64,000 nucleotides of DNA from Hormiphora californensis (Eukaryota > Animalia > Ctenophora), in the NCBI GenBank assembly GCA_020137815.1, contig CM035350.1, positions 3,596,001-3,660,000 of the forward strand, in the 5' to 3' direction. Made by a program: the position numbers and the translations under genes. How positions within the stretch are numbered: position 1 is the stretch's first letter; every line of letters starts with the position of its first letter. Below, piece by piece: positions 26,142 through 51,042 of the stretch. A model generated the notes under the pieces. The model ran no database searches and was not told the DNA's origin. It worked only from the letters and a program-made list of their open reading frames with translations.

Positions 26142-26935
26142 TTGGGACCCAAAAATTGGCTTTTGGTTAAAAGAAGAAATAAAAATCTAAAATATAGTGG
26201 TTGGGGGGCCAATTGTTTTTAATCAGTAGCTGTCAAAAATGTAGGAGAGCGGAAAATCGTAAAAAGTAAAAAAGAGTGTTTTTTGGGCGCCGTTTCATCG
26301 GGTGTCTGTAGCCCGTTTAAAAGTGCAGGGGTTCAAAAAAGTTGTTCACTAAAATGGCCCTTTAACCCCAAATGGGTCTAAACCCCCAAAAAAACTCACC
26401 CCTTTTAGGCTTATTTAAGTTTATCTGGGAGGAAATGTCAAGGGGTAACCCCAACCCAAACCCAACCCTACTTTAGCCCCAACCTTTGTCAGCATCACCA
26501 AAAAAACCCAGATTTTTTAACGGGCCGTAAACGGGGTAAAGACTGTGTAAAACGCGGGTGTAAAATACTGAAAATTTTTACGGATCCCTATCAGACCGGA
26601 CTGGCAGTAGCCAAACTTGAAGCTATGCGGGCCGTTTTTGAAATTAATTTTTTGAATTTAAATTTGGGAAAAGAGTTTTGGGGGAAACAAAAAACAAACA
26701 AACGATCGCGATTTTTATTTTTTTAAATCGATAATATTCCAGAATAATCCCCGGGGGTTTTACGTTTCACGTAAATTTTAAATTAAAGCGAGCTTTTGGC
26801 GCGCAGCGTTTTTATTTTGATTTCTGAAAAGGCCAAAAAAAAATCCGGGTTTTTTTTTTTTAGCCTAAACCCCCTTTTTTTTTTTCTGTTCCCCGGTTTG
26901 GGTTTTTTTTTTCCTTTTAAGTTTTTTGAACCAAA

Positions 26936-27561
26936 ATGAAGCTTGAAAGGGAAAGATAAAAATTTTAAAAAAAAAATTCACCCTAGTCTTCCCAAAACCC
27001 TTTAACCCCCCCCAGATTTTTTTTTGTAAAAACTGCCCCCCGAGACTGTGAGATCGAGCTAAAAAAAACGGGCTGTCATTCCCCGGCCCCATCACGGGTG
27101 TCATTGGGGTATGAAAAAAACCCCAACCTAAAAAAAAAAAAAGGACTTTTAAAAGATAACCCCAAAAAACGGGTATTGTTTTAAAGGGTTTTTATTTCCG
27201 CTTAAAAATTGTGACCCAAAGGAAGGGTCAAGATCCTTTTTTTTTTGGGACCCAAATTTAAAGGGTTTGGAGACGTTGAGATCCGGGGGAAAACAAAAAC
27301 CGATCCTTAAATCCTTCCTAAAATCATTTTCCCCGGGAAACCTTTCCCTTAAAGAGGGACCGTCCAAAGAAAGCGGGCCCCCCACCGGGGGAATACTAAA
27401 AACCCAAAAAAGGGCCCTCTCCCCTTAATTACAAAATCTGTTTCATTTTTCATTTACTTTTTTTGGGTTTTCTCGGGTCTTTGGTCGTGGAGGGGGGCCG
27501 GGGTTTCTGGGGGGGGGAAAGAGGTTCCAGGGGCCGAGGAGGTGGCCGAGGACGCAGATAG
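26936..27561 (+). CDS. SNRPD1: Sm D1 snRNP core protein (error-ridden consensus)
   Basis: ATG AAG CTT (MKL.R) at 26936; ETVxIELKNG..xGxITGV (~27040); ETLxIRGxxxRxxILP (~27270); RG-rich tail GRGG...RGRGGGRGRR* ending at 27561. Confidence 0.75.
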
Positions 27562-27708
27562 TCAGGTTTACCTATCAAAAATGCCTGGGGGGGGCCCTTT
27601 TTTTTTCATTTTTTTTTTTTCATTTTTTCCTTAACCCCCACAGTCTATTTATTGTATTGATGATATATATCGCAATTGTCTTACCAAATCCGAAAGGGGC
27701 TTCAATTA

Positions 27709-30700
27709 ATGTCAAAACACCCTCGAACCTGAAATCCCATTAAATTCCCCTTTTTTAAAACCCCCTTCCTTAAATCTCTTATTTTTAGGTTTGGTAAATA
27801 TGTGATTTTTTTGTAACTTTTTGGTTAGTAGATTTCCCCTTGACAATCTCACAAGGCAAGTTTAAAACCCGGGTCCAAGTTTGGGGAAAAAAAAGGGTCA
27901 CAGACAACCCAAAAAGAAGACGATTCCATGGTGCCTTCACTGGAGGATTCTCCGCTGGATATTATTATTTGGCCGGATCTAAAAAAGGGGAAACCCCTCG
28001 GATTTCCCCCCATTAGATATCCCCCTTTGTTATTTTCCCCCAACCCTTTCCTTTAAAAAAAATTGGGGGTTCGGAGAAAAAGGGAAGGGTCGAAAAAAGG
28101 GCCAAAAAGCCCCTTTAAACCCTTTTCCCTTTAAATTTTTTGGCATTTTGGACGCCCCTACTTTCACCCCTCGTCTCGCAGCAACAACAAAAGGTGCTAG
28201 TGCCCCTGGGAAAGTTTATATGGACGAAGAAGAAAATTTTCAGGTTGGAAAACCATTTTTGGGAGCCAAAAAAAGGTGTTACCCTTTTTTTTGAAAAATT
28301 TAAAAAAACTAAGTGTGGGTCGAAGTTTCAAAACAATTTTCTTTTTCACTAAAGGGGTTTCGGTATGGGCACCCAAAAAAACTTTTCCCTAAAAACACGG
28401 AGTACATGGGGGGGAAGAAGAGCACGGGAACGTTCTAAATATCAACTTTTTAATAGGAAAAACGGGTAATTCTTCAGCTCATGCCAGCCCAGAAAAATTT
28501 ATGATTAGCATTTTTGCATTTATTTATAAATAGAGTAATAAGATGTAACAAAGCGATTTTTGGGCATTTTTCCCAAATTTGTGTCTTTTTAAATTTTTTT
28601 GGGAAAGGGTTTATCACCTAAATATTTTTTCAGGGACAAAAGGGTTTTCCGACTAATAAAGGCGGGGGCTAAAAAACGGGTTTTTTGGAGGGGGGGCCCT
28701 GGGAAAACGGGTTGTGTACTTGATTAAAACATAATACCCCGTATTAGTTTATTCCCAAGGGGGCCCCCCGGAACCCCCCATAGGTTTAATCTTTTTCCCC
28801 CGGATTTTAGATTAGTAAATTATTTTTTTTAATTTTTTTAACCCGGAAGTTAGAAAACCACCCCTTTTCCCCTTATTTAGGGACAAACCCCCCTTCCCCC
28901 CGAGGTGCCTTTAAAATGGGGTTTCGGGAACTGTATATAATATTGGGGTTGTCCCAGAAATAAGTCATGTACCGATTTTCAAAAAAATTTACTAGTTAAA
29001 AATTTCCCTAACCCCCGGTCCACCCTTGTCAATTAAGACGATTTTTAAAGCCCCCGGGAAAACGGGGTCTTGAACCCTCGAATAAGGATTTCCCCTTTCC
29101 AAAATTTGGGGTATTGTGATACCCTAAGTGGGGTTTCCCGTTTTAAAGGGGGGGATTTTTGTATTTTTTTAAAAACTCGCTGGGTAAACCCCATTTGAGT
29201 TTTCAAATTTCCAAATGCACCAAAAATACCCATCGTCCACAGTTATGCATCTTCGATTTAAGCTCGACGAAACCTATGAAGCGTCAGCCAAGTTATACGC
29301 CGCAAAAAAACAAAAAAAATCCAAAAATGCACCCCCAATTTTTACCTGTTTTATGGCTACTTTCAAAAACTTCAAATTTTTTAGATCAAAAACCTTCCCA
29401 AAAAAAACATTCAGACTCCAAAGGTAAGATTTAGTTGGGATATTAATAAACTGTTTAAAAAAAATTTTTGTAAGTAACCCCCTATGCCTAAGGGGCCCCC
29501 AGTGAAAATTTTTGATTTTTACCAAAGTTTTTTGAGCCCTAGTCAGCAACGAGTGGGGTACCCGTGTCTTCATCCACCCCTCAAACGAAGAAAATTGTCC
29601 AAAAAAACAAGGGTGGTGAGTGAAATATTTTTCAGATACTTATCTGAAAAAGAAGCAGTGTTTTCAACATGCGCATATTTTTCTTTTCAGGGGAAAATTT
29701 TTATCTCGCTTGTTTCCGGGTTCACCAGGGCGCGTAAAAAAAAACCAACTTTTTCAAAACAAACACTTGTTTTATAGAGTAAAGGGTTTAAAAATGACAA
29801 AGTTTAAAAAATTTTTAAAATCGCAATTGGTAGGCTAAGTTGGAGAAATCGGCACATGACATTATTTCTGGGACAACCTAATATACCTTACACATCTTGT
29901 ATTGCAGGAAGTGGAAGCCCCTACGAAGTCCACCTATTCCTGCCAACTACCCCCTGGGTTTACACGGCCTGATGAGGAAGAGGAAGAAGAGGAAGATATG
30001 TATAGTGCGGGGCTGTTCCTAGCACCCAAAGACACCGTCCAACTTTCAATAACTGCTCACCCCACCACACGGGGCATTGACTACACGGGACTAGCGTCCC
30101 AGTTTGGGCTAGATGGGGGTCGCTCCTCGGGTACTATCGAGGGTTTCTCGGGGGAGGCTTTTGGTACAGGTGCTCTGGAGGATGGAGAGGAGTATAGTGT
30201 GTACAGCAGGGATGACAGGGGACAATACAACACCGTCATCGAGGACGAGGCAGAGGACAACTTCATGGCAGAAAACTCATTCCGAAGTACGAAGACTAAT
30301 GCTCTGCAAAATTTTGTGTCTGGTAAGGCGGATGTGTATCTGCGGACAACATATCCACCCCCTGCCATTCCTCCTGGTTACAAGGCGTGGCACGCCCCCC
30401 GGGAACCTCCCCCGAAACTTGTCACATCCAGTAAGGAGAGGGCATCCATCCAGAGCCGAGCACTCATTCTGGGGATAAAGGACCATGATAGGGTAAAGGA
30501 AGAGAACGTGGTGCCACAATCCCAGTTCAAACCATTCCAAAGTGATGCTGCCAAGGAGGAACGATATAGACAGTTCATAACGGGGACTCTCCCTGATTAC
30601 GCCTCCTGCAACATGACCGAGTGGGAGGTAGAGAGAGAGAAAGAGGAGTTCTCGAAATCTTCCAAGTTCTTCCGGCCCCTCAGTTTTGAAATGGCTAACA

Positions 30701-32275
30701 GGTTTGTCAGTGCGGGTACTACAGTGGAACAAGATGAGAAGAAGGCGCTGGAGGAGGAGGCTGAGAAGGAGAGGAAGGACGCGGTTAGGATGAAAATGTT
30801 TGGACAACTGACAAGAGAAACACATCAATGGTGCCCTTCCAGTCTACTATGCAAACGATTCAACATCGCCAATCCGTATCCCGAGTAAGTTATTTTTGTT
30901 TTAAAATTTCCATTGAAACCCCCCTTTTCTGTGTCACACCTCAAAACCCCATTTTTAAAAACCCTTTAAACCCCATTTTACAAACCTCTAACCCCCCTAT
31001 TCCACCTCAAACCCCCCTTTTTACACCCTTTAAAACCCCCAAATTTTAAAAACCTCAACCCATATTACATACCTCTAACCCTATTTTACACACCTCTAAC
31101 CCATTTTAAACCTTTTAACCCCTTTTTTACACCCCTTTTAAACCCTTCCCTCTCTCTCTCCCCTCTTCTCTCTCTTCTCTCTCCCTCGGGTATCCAGTCG
31201 GGTTGGGAAATATCCCGAAGGTTTACTAGTCGTGTCATGAACCCATTTAAGAAAAACAGCTGCCCCCCCCCACAAAGTGTGGGAGCAAAAAACCCCAAAA
31301 CATGCCTACAGCCAGTGGAGAGGGGGATACTGCAGATGTGCCACCCTCAACAGCAGGTGGTAGTGGGGGATGTATAAGGTTTTGGGGGAAAGGATCGGAG
31401 TAAATTGATCTTTTTAAAAATTCGTATTCGTTTAGCTAAAGGGAGGAGGAGGAGGAGGTAAGACAAGTTAGTTAGTTAGTTAGTTAGTCTGTTAGTTTGT
31501 TTGTTTGTCATCTTTAAAATGCGTGAAATTTTTTTGGGGTTTGATTTTTTGGTCTTTTTCCATTTTATTTTGTATTTTCCTTTTCCCCCCCCTTTTTTTA
31601 TATATTTTCTACCTTCTAACGAACACACATGTCATCACATTTGTCTTCTAAGAGTTTTAGCGAAATCGTTTCTGTTGTTACTATTTGTCCGATGTTTTTA
31701 GAACTATCTATGATCTATGATATTTGCTTCTTAGTGTCCTTCTCTCCGTGTCTTTCTTGATTGTCAAATCTCAATTTGGCTCTGTGTGCCAGCCAGATCA
31801 TGTATTTTTAGTCATTGGTTAGAAAAGTTTAAAACGCGGTAAAAAAAAAAAAAAAAAAACATCACTTTTCCCTTTTTCTGTCCATTTTGCAGCCTTTCTT
31901 CATTCTTTAAAAATGGCCGGTTTTTGGGCGCTAGAAATCTATTTTCGCTCCACACCAATTTTTCCACTTGCATTTTTTCAGTCCCGGGCCCCCCCTAAAA
32001 AAACTCCTTTCCCCACTTTTTTTAAAAACATCTCAGGGCGCAGCAACTTTTTTTACTTTTTTTTTCCTTCCCTTTTTTTTCTCTTCTCCTCCCCTCTCTC
32101 TCTCTCTCTCCCCTCTCTCTCTCTATCTCTCTCTCTCTATCTTTTCTCTTCTATCCCTCTTCTCTCCTTCTCTCTCTCCCTTTTTCTCCTCTCTCTCTTC
32201 TCTTCCCCTCTAAACTCTCTTCCCCTCTCTCTTCTCTCCCCTTTTCTCTCTACCCCCCTCTCTCTCTATCTTTCT

Positions 32276-32315
<40 letters not shown>

Positions 32316-34132
32316 CTCTCTCTCTCCTTTTCTCTCCCCCTCGCTATCCCCCCTCTTTCTCTCTCTCTTCTCTCTCTCTCCCCTCTCTCTTCTCTCTCCT
32401 CCTCTCTCTCTTCCCCCCCCTCTCTCTCTCTCTCTTCTTCCCTCTCGCTCTCTCTCTCTCGCCTTTTTCTTCTCTCTCTCCCCTTTTCTCTTTTCCCCTC
32501 TTTCATTTCCTCCGGAAAGACATTATTTTCCCGCCCCAAAAGGGGTCTTTCTGTGCTTGTTTTAAAATTTTCTTCCCCTGTGTGTATGCACTTCCTGATA
32601 AAAATGTTCACTGTTCCTTTCCTTCTCTCTCATAACTCCTTTGTCAGAAAGTTTGTTCTAAATATCTCCATTTGAAGTTTGTTATTTGCTGGTTGTTTTC
32701 TGTTCTAAACATATCTCCATTTCCCCAGGAGGATCTGCCCGCTTTGAAGACTGAACAAGATCAGGAACCTCCTACCCCTGCTGTGAAACCTCGCAGAAAT
32801 AGATTTGATTGTGCCCCCTCTACTTCTGCTCAACCCCCCTCACCCAGCTCTCAGCTACCTCCTCACCCCACCTCCTTCAAGGATAGTTGTACCTCACTTT
32901 CTCAGCCTGCTACTAGTTCAGCCTCCCAACCACCTTCCCAACCTATTAGATCAGCAGCTTTAGCTTCCCAACCTACTAGATCAGCAGCAGCTTTAGCTCC
33001 CATGGTTGTTCCCCTACCCCCTCACATGAACCCATCCTCCGGCCCTATCGTGTTCAATAGAGACCGATTCAGCAAAAAACCAGCCGAGGAAGAGAATTTG
33101 GACAGCGTGCTCCTGGAGAAAGTGAAACAGTTCACGAGTGGTTCTTTAAAAAGGAAAAAGGAGAAGAAATCCAAGAAGGAGAAAAAGAAGAAAAAGGAGA
33201 AGAAGAAGAAGAAGAAGAAAGAATATTCGAGCGAAGAAGAGGATGTCAGTTCACCTGAATTATCTAGAACAAGATCAGACATTTCTAGAGGTGTCAGTAA
33301 CGGATCAAACTTTATATCGGGTAGGAGAGACTCAGACAGGAGTAGAATAGAAAGTCAGGATTCTAGTAGATCCCGCCATGCTTCTGGCACCAAATCTGAC
33401 AGGGATTCTACTGGAGACAGGTCTCGCAGGGATTCTAATGGAGACATGTCTCGCAGGGACTCAACTGGAGACAGGTCTCGCAGGGATTTTACTGGAGATA
33501 TGTCTCTCAGGGATTCTACTGGAGACAGGTCTCGCAGGGTCTCTACTGGAGACAGGTCTCGCAGGGACTCTACTGGAGACAGGTCTCGCAGGGACTCTAA
33601 TGGAGACAGGTCTCGCAGGGATTCTACTGGACACAGGTCTCGCAGGGATTCTAATGGAGACAGGTCTCGCAGGGACTCTACTGGAGACAGGTCTCTCAGG
33701 GACTCTACTGGAGACAGATCAAAACACTATTCGGGTGGTAGTAGATCTGGGAAGATATCAGACCACTCTCCTATTAGACCTGCTCGAGATAGACTGGGCT
33801 CCCACCATGCCCCACGGCAACTACCCTCAGAATGGAGTCAGCCCGCTGTTAACACACCCGCTGTTAACACACCAGCTGTTAACACACCAGCTGTCCCACC
33901 TGCTGTTAACACACCAGCTGTTAACACACCAGCTGTTAACACACCAGCTGTCCCACCTGCTCACCAATTTACCCCCCGAGAATCCAGACCACTGCCGGCT
34001 GGGGTCAGGAAGATCAATTTCCAATCCTCCAAGTCAGATAAAAACAGTAATAAGCGGCCTCCACAGTCCCCTAAAGCAGCCCCCACAGGGGCTCCAAAAC
34101 GGGTCCGTGCCGTTGATTTGTGCGATATTTAA
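27709..34132 (+). CDS. GPATCH1: G-patch domain-containing protein 1
   Basis: [15 protein letters not shown] (~27915), MDEE (~28220), clean exon 29908-30885 ([43 protein letters not shown]) and last exon 32729-34132. Start codon approximate. Confidence 0.9.
28945..29879. mobile_element. Intronic TIR element in GPATCH1
   Basis: GGTTGTCCCAGAAATAAGTCATGTACCGATTT at ~28947 vs AAATCGGCACATGACATTATTTCTGGGACAACC at ~29846. Confidence 0.75.
33400..33965 (+). repeat. Coding tandem repeats in GPATCH1: 27-bp (RDSTGDRSR) x~12 and 15-bp (PAVNT) x~6
   Basis: Visible in DNA and in the translation of ORF 32672-34132. Confidence 0.9.
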
Positions 34133-34282
34133 AGAGTTTTAGTTTGTGCGGTTATTTATTGGTTTTTAGTTGTTTTTGTAATTTTATCTAACAAAATATG
34201 TCAGAAGATATTGATTTGAAGGGAGATAATTATCGTGCCACACATCTCTCAATAACACTCTCCCATTAGCTCCAAATGTGCA

Positions 34283-36471
<2,189 letters not shown>

Positions 36472-37406
36472 AAAACACACTCTCCACGAATCCTGGTGAT
36501 GGCTGAATTTGAGAGATGCATTTCCTGCCGATTGATGAGAGAGAAACTCATTCTTGATTTTGTGGATAATTAACAAGCCGGTGTCAACCATCATTCCTTG
36601 TTTCTGATTCTTTGTGCGTGTACACTTTTTTGGACTTTTTACCCCCATTAAAGACTAAATTGTTGATTGACCGTTGTCACGTTTTTTTCCCCACAAATGT
36701 GATGTTATGTAGATAGCTCCCTGTCCTTGCAGGGAGTATTGTTATTCAGGACTCTGTTTTCTCCAACCCTGAGCCGCCTTGTTTTTTAGTGTTCCCCATC
36801 TTGGCGCAATTTCTGGTCGATGGATCGCGCACAAGCCGTGCCGGGGTGATGTGTAAAAAGTACAACACCCCGGCGCGCGGCACCGTACCACACACACAGA
36901 CAGACAAACAGCAGTGATTTATTTCTCATTGGAATACATTTCACACCGCAATCTCCCAAGGCGTGACAGCAGACAGACACTTGAAGAAGTATTTCTGTGT
37001 GCGGTAGACAGCGACCAGAGTAATTATAGAGTCGTACGAGAGGGATTATAGAGACGCTTGTGGTCGGCCTTTCTTGTGTGGTGTAATGTTTTGAATCAGT
37101 TGTCATGAATCAGTTGTAAATCACTCTCTTGTCTTAGTACACCAGTCACCAATTAAAAAAACTAAACTTTTGTAAACAGTTTTCAAAACTCAACACAACT
37201 TAAAAGAAGGCCCCAACAATTGGGACTTTGGTAAATTAATTTACACGCACTGTACAAAAGGCTGTTCCCAATTATAACACACGGTACATGGTACACATCG
37301 TTCAGTCCCTTGGGCATGTCGCGCTATCCCCTGTATGCGCCAATTCAGTCCCGGATCTGATCAATAGTGTAGCTCTGTCATCTCCTTGATCCCTCTTCCA
37401 TCCTGC

Positions 37407-47582
<10,176 letters not shown>

Positions 47583-48097
47583 ATGCTGTGTGTATTTTCG
47601 TGTTTGTCTCCTGGTGGCTTTAAACTTTTTTTCGGGTCGCAGACCGCAGGCGGCTTTTCGAAGAACCAAGTCTATCCTGTGTGTTTCTAACTAAATAAAA
47701 TAAGTAGACGCATAGCGCGTAGACAGTAGCAAGAACTCTTAAATGTAAAATCAAATGTAAACCGTCCGAATCAGCCTAATTTTCTGCAGTTTTCACGTTT
47801 CAACTCAGAAATCTCAAAAAGTTCAAAAGTTCTAAAAAATAAAATCCAAAATTTTGAAGCATTGAGCCGCGCGTAAAAACGCGCAAAATATTGACGCGCG
47901 TTTAAATCTGATTGCGCGTTTTTAGCGCGCGCGATGGCATAATAAAGATTTTTAATTTTGAAATGTTTTCTGATGTTAAAATCTGGGTGTTTCGTGCGTG
48001 CTGTAAAGTTCATTTTTTTATACAGTGTAACATCGGTCTTATTTGGCCTTCCTATTTTAGCCTTTGCAGATGTGTGACACATCGGTACAGCTCAACG

Positions 48098-49555
48098 ATG
48101 TCTTCATTTTGGACAACTTTATCTGATCACGCTCCTAAATCATCGGATCCGGACAAATTTGCGGAGTTCTACGCAGCTCGCTGTCCAGATCGTATAAAAT
48201 CTCTACAAATTAAAGATTATCAAGGAAAAAGATCAAAACTCGAGGGGCATGTTCGCTTTGTGGTCATATCAGATTCTCATAACAGGAAAAATATAATGTG
48301 AGTTACTAGTTCTATCTGAATGCAATACGACTCAAGAATAAACAACGACTTGAAAGTTGGCTAATTTCAGTAGCGACATACCAGACGGGGATGTTCTTTT
48401 GCACTGTGGAGATTTCACTTTACGGAGTATGAAATCAGAATTCACTTCGTTCAATCGTTGGATAGGAACACTACCCCATCCTACCAAAATAGTAATTGCG
48501 GGAAACCACGACAGAACACTAGAGGTCCGGCCCCTCAACAAATTCATCAGTTCTGTAAGTGATTTTATCGCTACTCAATATATTGTATGTTTAAAAAAAT
48601 GCTTGTTAGCCAGGGCACATCGAATCATTGTTATTATTATTACATTTCAGATTGGAGTTAGTAGTCGAGAGGAGTTGCTAGGAGAGTTAACAAATGTAAC
48701 GTACATTGAAGATGAAACAGTGACCGTACATGGGTATAACGTGTACGGATCCCCCTGGTTAGTTATTGCTCACTCCTTTATCTCCCTGAGCTGTTTCATA
48801 AAATCTCAAAGTGTTTCCATTGTAGCATTTGCCTAGCTAGAGGGTTAGAACATAACAAGGTAGCATATAATTCCTCTTTAGGACCCCGATACACTTGGGA
48901 GGGTTCCAGAAAAAGCGAGGATCAAGTATAAACACTATCTGGGAGGGTATTCCGGACTCTACAGACATCCTGCTAACCCATGGACCCCCTTGTGGTGTAG
49001 GGGATCTAACTCGAGCGGGTTATTACGCAGGATGTGTTGATCTCCTGCGGCAAATCCAAACCAGAATCAAACCCTTGTATCATTGTTTTGGGCATATCCA
49101 TGAAGGTAAGTTTTGTAATTAATTATTCTGAATTAGATCTGAACAAGAATTAATTAGGGAAGAACATCGAAAAATTGGAATTCTTTCTTTGTTATCCCAA
49201 TCAATCCCAAATAATTCCAATTCTTCATGCCTTCCTTGCAGGTAATGGTGTTTATACCGATAGTCAAACAACCTTCATTAACGCAGCATTATGTGATGTC
49301 AGCTACAGAGCTAACCAGCCTGCATATGTTTTCGATTTGCCTATCAAGGAACAGTCTTCTGGTCCGACATCTTCGAATGGGCAGACTTCATTAGAGGATC
49401 AACTTCCTGAAAAGGAGGAATTGTTTGAAAAGGAGGAACTGTCTGAAAAGGAGGAACTGTCTGAAAATGAACAATTCTCTTTAGATGAACAACTATCTGA
49501 CATTAGTACTCAACCCTCTATAACAAGGGAGCAGTACTCTGAACATAAAAGTTAA
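48098..49555 (+). CDS. Metallophosphoesterase MPPED1/2-like, paralogue a
   Basis: ISDSHN, LHCGDFT, IAGNHD, YGSPW, LTHGPP and FGHIHEG across GT-AG exons; acidic C-terminus. Confidence 0.92.
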
Positions 49556-49643
49556 AACCAATTAAATGAAATTGCTGAGGATCATCAAATGTTTATTTTT
49601 TAAATCTTTATAAAATCCTGGACTAAATTAGTCGTTTGTTATA

Positions 49644-49809
49644 CAGTCGGACCCTGATTTAGTAGCATCCTTGGGGGAAAATCCTGCCACTAAATCGGGG
49701 TGCCACTAAATCGGGGTCAAATAATGTTAATTTCCTATATCGGGGGGAAAGATCCTGCCACTAAATCGGGGTGCCACTAATTCGGGGGACATTAAATCAG
49801 GATCCGACT
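49644..49809. mobile_element. Copy of the CAGTCGGACCC MITE (4411-4548 family)
   Basis: TA|CAGTCGGACCCTGATTTAGTAGC and repeated GCCACTAAATCGGGG; right end decayed. Confidence 0.85.
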
Positions 49810-49953
49810 AATAACCCAGAGTGTATTAGTGTTGATGATTGTGTAAATACTAAAGTGTTATATATATATAAAGTGTGTATAAAATTAGATCATTGTGTCG
49901 ATGTTGTTTTTACATTCACCCTGGCAATTTGTACAGTTTACTGTAGTTGTATA

Positions 49954-50676
49954 GGGTAAACTGGGGTAAAATGGTCCACGGGGTAAAATGGCACATTTAT
50001 GGGGTAAAATGGTCCTAGTTATTACATGTAGTCACGTGACTTTTTCTCCAGCGGAGACCTGCTCGTTCTGTTCCGAATTTTTGCTCTAAAACTGCTGTAA
50101 TTTCTGTTTGAGTTGGCCGATTTTAATTTTGCAAAAACTGCCAGTTAGGGTTTTTATCCTTTTAAAACTTGGTATAAAAAATTTTCAAAAAACCCACTAT
50201 TTAGTTGATTAAATTGTTAAATTAGTCAAACTGGGGTAAAATGGTTCACCCTCTCTGGGGTAAAATGGTTCACCATGGGACCAATGAAATCGAGCCTCCA
50301 ATACCACGTGATACCACACTGGGGTAAAATGGTCCAGCACACTGGGGTAAAATGGTCCAGCAGAACAGAAATTACTGAAGATAACATGGACCATTTTACC
50401 CCAGTGCTCTAACAACACCAGGCACGTGATAAAATTGAGCAATGCTATTGGCTGGACCATTTTACCCCAGTGCAAAATTTCCAAAAAAGCCCTACCAAAT
50501 TTTTTGAATTGGTTGATTAATCTACTAAATAAAACTTTCAGATTTTAAAATTTAGCTCGTCTGAAAGGAAAATGTTTCATTGGATAGCCTATATAATTTT
50601 TTTCTTCCTGCTGTATGAATTGCGTATTTTAGAACCTAAAACGTTAAAAAGTGGACCATTTTACCCCAGTCTACCC
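49954..50676. mobile_element. 723-bp TIR element, TA TSD
   Basis: GGGTAAACTGGGGTAAAATGGTCCAC vs GTGGACCATTTTACCCCAGTCTACCC. TA at 49952-53 and 50677-78. Confidence 0.9.
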
Positions 50677-50761
50677 TACCACCTATTGTCTATCTCTGTT
50701 ATACCCTGCTAAACATTTCACCCGCCCATTATGTAATGATTACATATTGTTCTAGATCTAG

Positions 50762-50984
50762 ATGTCAGCAGCTTTGATAGGAAAAATGAAGCGCATGGCA
50801 TTTGGACAGGAATCATTCGAGGAGTTCTGGTCAAATAAAACCCCCAAGTGGTCGAAAAGTCCAACACGATTTGTTGAGAGCATTCTTAGTGTATCGCAGG
50901 TAATCAGACTGTACATTGTTGTTCTGTGGAAGGCTGTATAAAGATTCTGAATTATAAGTCATTTTTAGTCATCATAATCTCCCA

Positions 50985-51042
<58 letters not shown>

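Noticed and set aside
23850-29850. Apparent pseudogenisation of the serpin 5' end, COQ9, SNRPD1 and the GPATCH1 5' end
   Set aside because: Frameshifts coincide with block-wide homopolymer errors in essential genes; sequencing quality is the simpler explanation.
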